A stretch of 64,000 bases of DNA from Mobula hypostoma (taxonomy: Eukaryota): the NCBI RefSeq assembly GCF_963921235.1, contig NC_086108.1, forward strand, positions 59,212,001 to 59,276,000. The letters run 5' to 3'. The position numbers and the translations under genes were made by a program. The notes below the pieces were generated by a model, which was given only the letters and a program-made list of their open reading frames with translations, did no database searches and was not told the DNA's origin. Below are positions 61,111 to 64,000 of the stretch, in pieces (within the stretch, counting starts at the first letter, position 1; every line of letters starts with the position of its first letter).

Positions 61111-64000
61111 AATGGTTGGGGGGTGGGAATCAAATTAAAGAGGCTAGGCGTGAGGAGGTTAGTTCACAACAGAGGGATGGGAACCAGTGCAGAGAGACAG
61201 AGGGGTGTAAAGTGAGGGTAGAAGCAAAAAGTACAAAGGAGAAAAGTAAAAGTGGCAGGCCGACAAATCCAGGGCAAGCAATAAAAAGGGCCACTTTTCA
61301 ACATAATTGTATAAGGGCTAAGAGAGTTGTAAAAGAGCGCCTGAAGGCTTTATGTGTCAATGCAAGGAGCATTCGTAATAAGGTGGATGAATTGAAAGTG
61401 CAGATTGTTATTAATGATTATGATATAGTTGGGATCACAGAGACATGGCTCCAGGGTGATGAGGGATGGGAGCTCAACGTTCAGGGATATTCAATATTCA
61501 GGAGGGATAGACATGAAGGAAGGGGAGGTGGGGTGGCGTTGCTGGTTAAAGAAGAGATTAACGCAATAGAAAGGAAGGACATAAGCCGGGAAGGTGTGGA
61601 ATCGATATGGGCAGAGCTGCGTAACACCAAGGGGCAGAAGACGCTGGTGGGAGTTGTGTACAGGCCACCTAACAGTAGTAGTGAGGTCGGAGATGGTATT
61701 AAACAGGAAATTAGAAATGTGTGCAATAAAGGAACAGCAGTTATAATGGGTGACTTCAATCTACATGTAGACTGGGTGAACCAAATTGGTAAAGGTGCTG
61801 AGGAAGAGGATTTCTTGGAATGTATGCGGGATGGCTTTTTGAACCAACATGTCGAGGAACCAACTAGAGAGCAGGCTATTCTGGACTGGGTTTTGAGCAA
61901 TGGGGAAGGGTTAATTAGCGATCTTGTCCTGAGAGGCCCCTTGGGTAAGAGTAACCATAATATGGTGGAATTCTTCATTAAGATGGAGAGTGACATAGTT
62001 AATTCAGAAACAAAGGTTCTGAACTTAAAGAGGGGTAACTTTGAAGGTATGAGACGTGAATTAGCTAAGATAGACTGGCAAATGACACTTAAAGGATTGA
62101 CGGTGGATATGCAATGGCAAGCATTTAAAGGTTGCATGGATGAACTACAACAATTGTTCATCCCAGTTTGGCAAAAGAATAAATCAAGGAAGGTAGTGCA
62201 CCCGTGGCTGACAAGAGAAATTAGGGATAGTATTAATTCCAAAGAAGAAGCATACAAATTAGCCAGAGAAAGTGGCTCACCTGAGGACTGGGAGAAATTC
62301 AGAGTTCAGCAGAGGAGGACAAAGGGCTTAATTAGGAAGGGGAAAAAAGATTATGAGAGAAAACTGGCAGGGAACATAAAAACGGACTGTAAAAGCTTTT
62401 ATAGATATGTAAAAAGGAAAAGACTGGTAAAGACAAATGTAGGTCCCCTGCAGACAGAAACAGGTGAATTGATTATGGGGAGCAAGGACATGGCAGACCA
62501 ATTGAATAATTACTTTGGTTCTGTCTTCACTAAGGAGGACATAAATAATCTTCCAGAAATAGTAAGGGACAGAGGGTCCAGTGAGATGGAGGAACTGAGC
62601 GAAATACATGTTAGTAGGGAAGTGGTGTTAGGTAAATTGAAGGGATTGAAGGCAGATAAATCCCTAGGGCAAGATGGTCTGCATCCTAGAGTGCTTAAAG
62701 AAGTAGCCCAAGAAATAGTGGATGCATTAGTGATAATTTTTCAAAACTCGTTAGATTCTGGACTAGTTCCTGAGGATTGGAGGGTGGCTAATGTAACCCC
62801 ACTTTTTAAAAAAGGAGGGAGAGAGAAACCGGGGAATTATAGACCGGTTAGCCTAACGTCGGTGGTGGGGAAACTGCTGGAGTCAGTTATCAAGGATGTG
62901 ATAACAGCACATTTGGAAAGCGGTGAAATCATCGGACAAAGTCAGCATGGATTTGTGAAAGGAAAATCATGTCTGACGAATCTCATAGAATTTTTTGAGG
63001 ATGTAACTAGTAGAGTGGATAGGGGAGAACCAGTGGATGTGGTATATTTGGATTTTCAAAAGGCTTTTGACAAGGTCCCACACAGGAGATTAGTGTGCAA
63101 ACTTAAAGCACTCGGTATTGGGGGTAAGGTATTGGTGTGGGTGGAGAATTGGTTAGCAGACAGGAAGCAAAGTATGGGAATAAACGGGACCTTTTCAGAA
63201 TGGCAGGCGGTGACTAGTGGGGTACCGCAAGGCTCAGTGCTGGGACCCCAGTTGTTTACAATATATATTAATGACTTGGATGAGGGAATTAAATGCAGCA
63301 TCTCCAAGTTTGCGGATGACACGAAGCTGGGTGGCAGTGTTAGCAGTGAGGAGGATGCTAAGAGGATGCAGGGTGACTTGGATAGGTTGGGTGAGTGGGC
63401 AAATTCATGGCAGATGCAATTTAATGTGGATAAATGTGAAGTTATCCACTTTGGTGGCAAAAATAGGAAAACAGATTATTATCTGAATGGTGGCCGATTA
63501 GGAAAAGGGGAGGTGCAACGAGACCTGGGTGTCATTATACACCAGTCATTGAAAGTGGGCATGCAGGTACAGCAGGCGGTGAAAAAGGCGAATGGTATGC
63601 TGGCATTTATAGCGAGAGGATTCGAGTACAGGAGCAGGGACGTACTACTGCAGTTGTACAAGGCCTTGGTGAGACCACACCTGGAGTATTGTGTGCAGTT
63701 TTGGTCCCCTAATCTGAGGAAAGACATCTTTGCCATAGAGGGAGTACAAAGAAGGTTCACCAGATTGATTCCTGGGATGGCAGGACTTTCATATGAAGAA
63801 AGACTGGATGAATTGGGCTTGTACTCGTTGGAATTTAGAAGATTGAGGGGGGATCTGATTGAAACGTATAATATCCTAAAGGGATTGGACAGGCTAGATG
63901 CAGGAAGATTGTTCCCGATGTTGGGGAAGTCCAGAACGAGGGGTCACAGTTTGAGGATAGAGGGGAAGCCTTTTAGGACCGAGATTAGGAAAAACTTCTT
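61101..64000 (+). CDS. CR1 ORF2p (APE endonuclease plus RT), open for about 966 codons to the window end, no initiator AUG
   Basis: The frame from 61101 reads FKLEWLGGGNQ..LCVNARSI..GITETWL..YRPPN..GDFN. KFADD (63306) and RLFPM (63906) fall in the same frame. It is absent from the ORF track, which fits no stop before the edge. Confidence 0.9.

Larger units (their letters stand above)
60240..64000 (+). mobile_element. Young CR1 LINE, family C, running off the right edge
   Basis: ORF1 (YICAKC zinc-finger half, coiled coil, esterase) followed by an uninterrupted ORF2. Confidence 0.97.

Noticed and set aside
61112..61138. ATG right after the CR1 ORF1 stop as the ORF2 start
   Set aside because: With six Gs at 61118-61123 it reads MVGGWESN-stop and is not in the ORF2 frame. 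A homopolymer sequencing error could change this, but family A shows the same -1 layout.
61481..62257. Long antisense ORFs over CR1 ORF2 (also 48541-49122 and 63056-63460)
   Set aside because: These are shadow ORFs of a purine-rich coding strand with no recognisable domain.

Overview
Eukaryotic, vertebrate-type DNA, probably from a cartilaginous fish such as a ray (inferred only from the mix of CR1, Rex1/Babar, Neptune-type Penelope and DeuSINE-like repeats). I found no host protein-coding gene, so the window looks intronic or intergenic and is dominated by nested transposable elements. These include a decayed Mag-type Gypsy LTR element, at least three young CR1 LINE families (one ORF2 is open to the window end), many Rex1/Babar fragments, a Hero/NeSL-type restriction-like-endonuclease LINE, a Tc1 derivative and a probable solo LTR. 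Three things stand out. (1) Seven Penelope-like insertions of 185 bp to 3.5 kb share one design: two inverted 3' ends, 11-15 bp (four exactly 14 bp) target-site duplications, a terminal tail on one arm only, and minimal hammerhead ribozyme sequence, with the inversion points of the mini-elements at the hammerhead. (2) Two divergent CR1 families have an AUG-less ORF2 in the -1 frame behind a U_UUA_AAC slippery heptamer at the ORF1 stop, suggesting programmed -1 frameshifting. (3) A 562-bp non-coding retroposon with a 10-bp TSD folds at its 5' end into an HDV-like ribozyme with an extra hairpin in L3. Family names come from motif recognition without database searches, and boundaries of old fragments are approximate.
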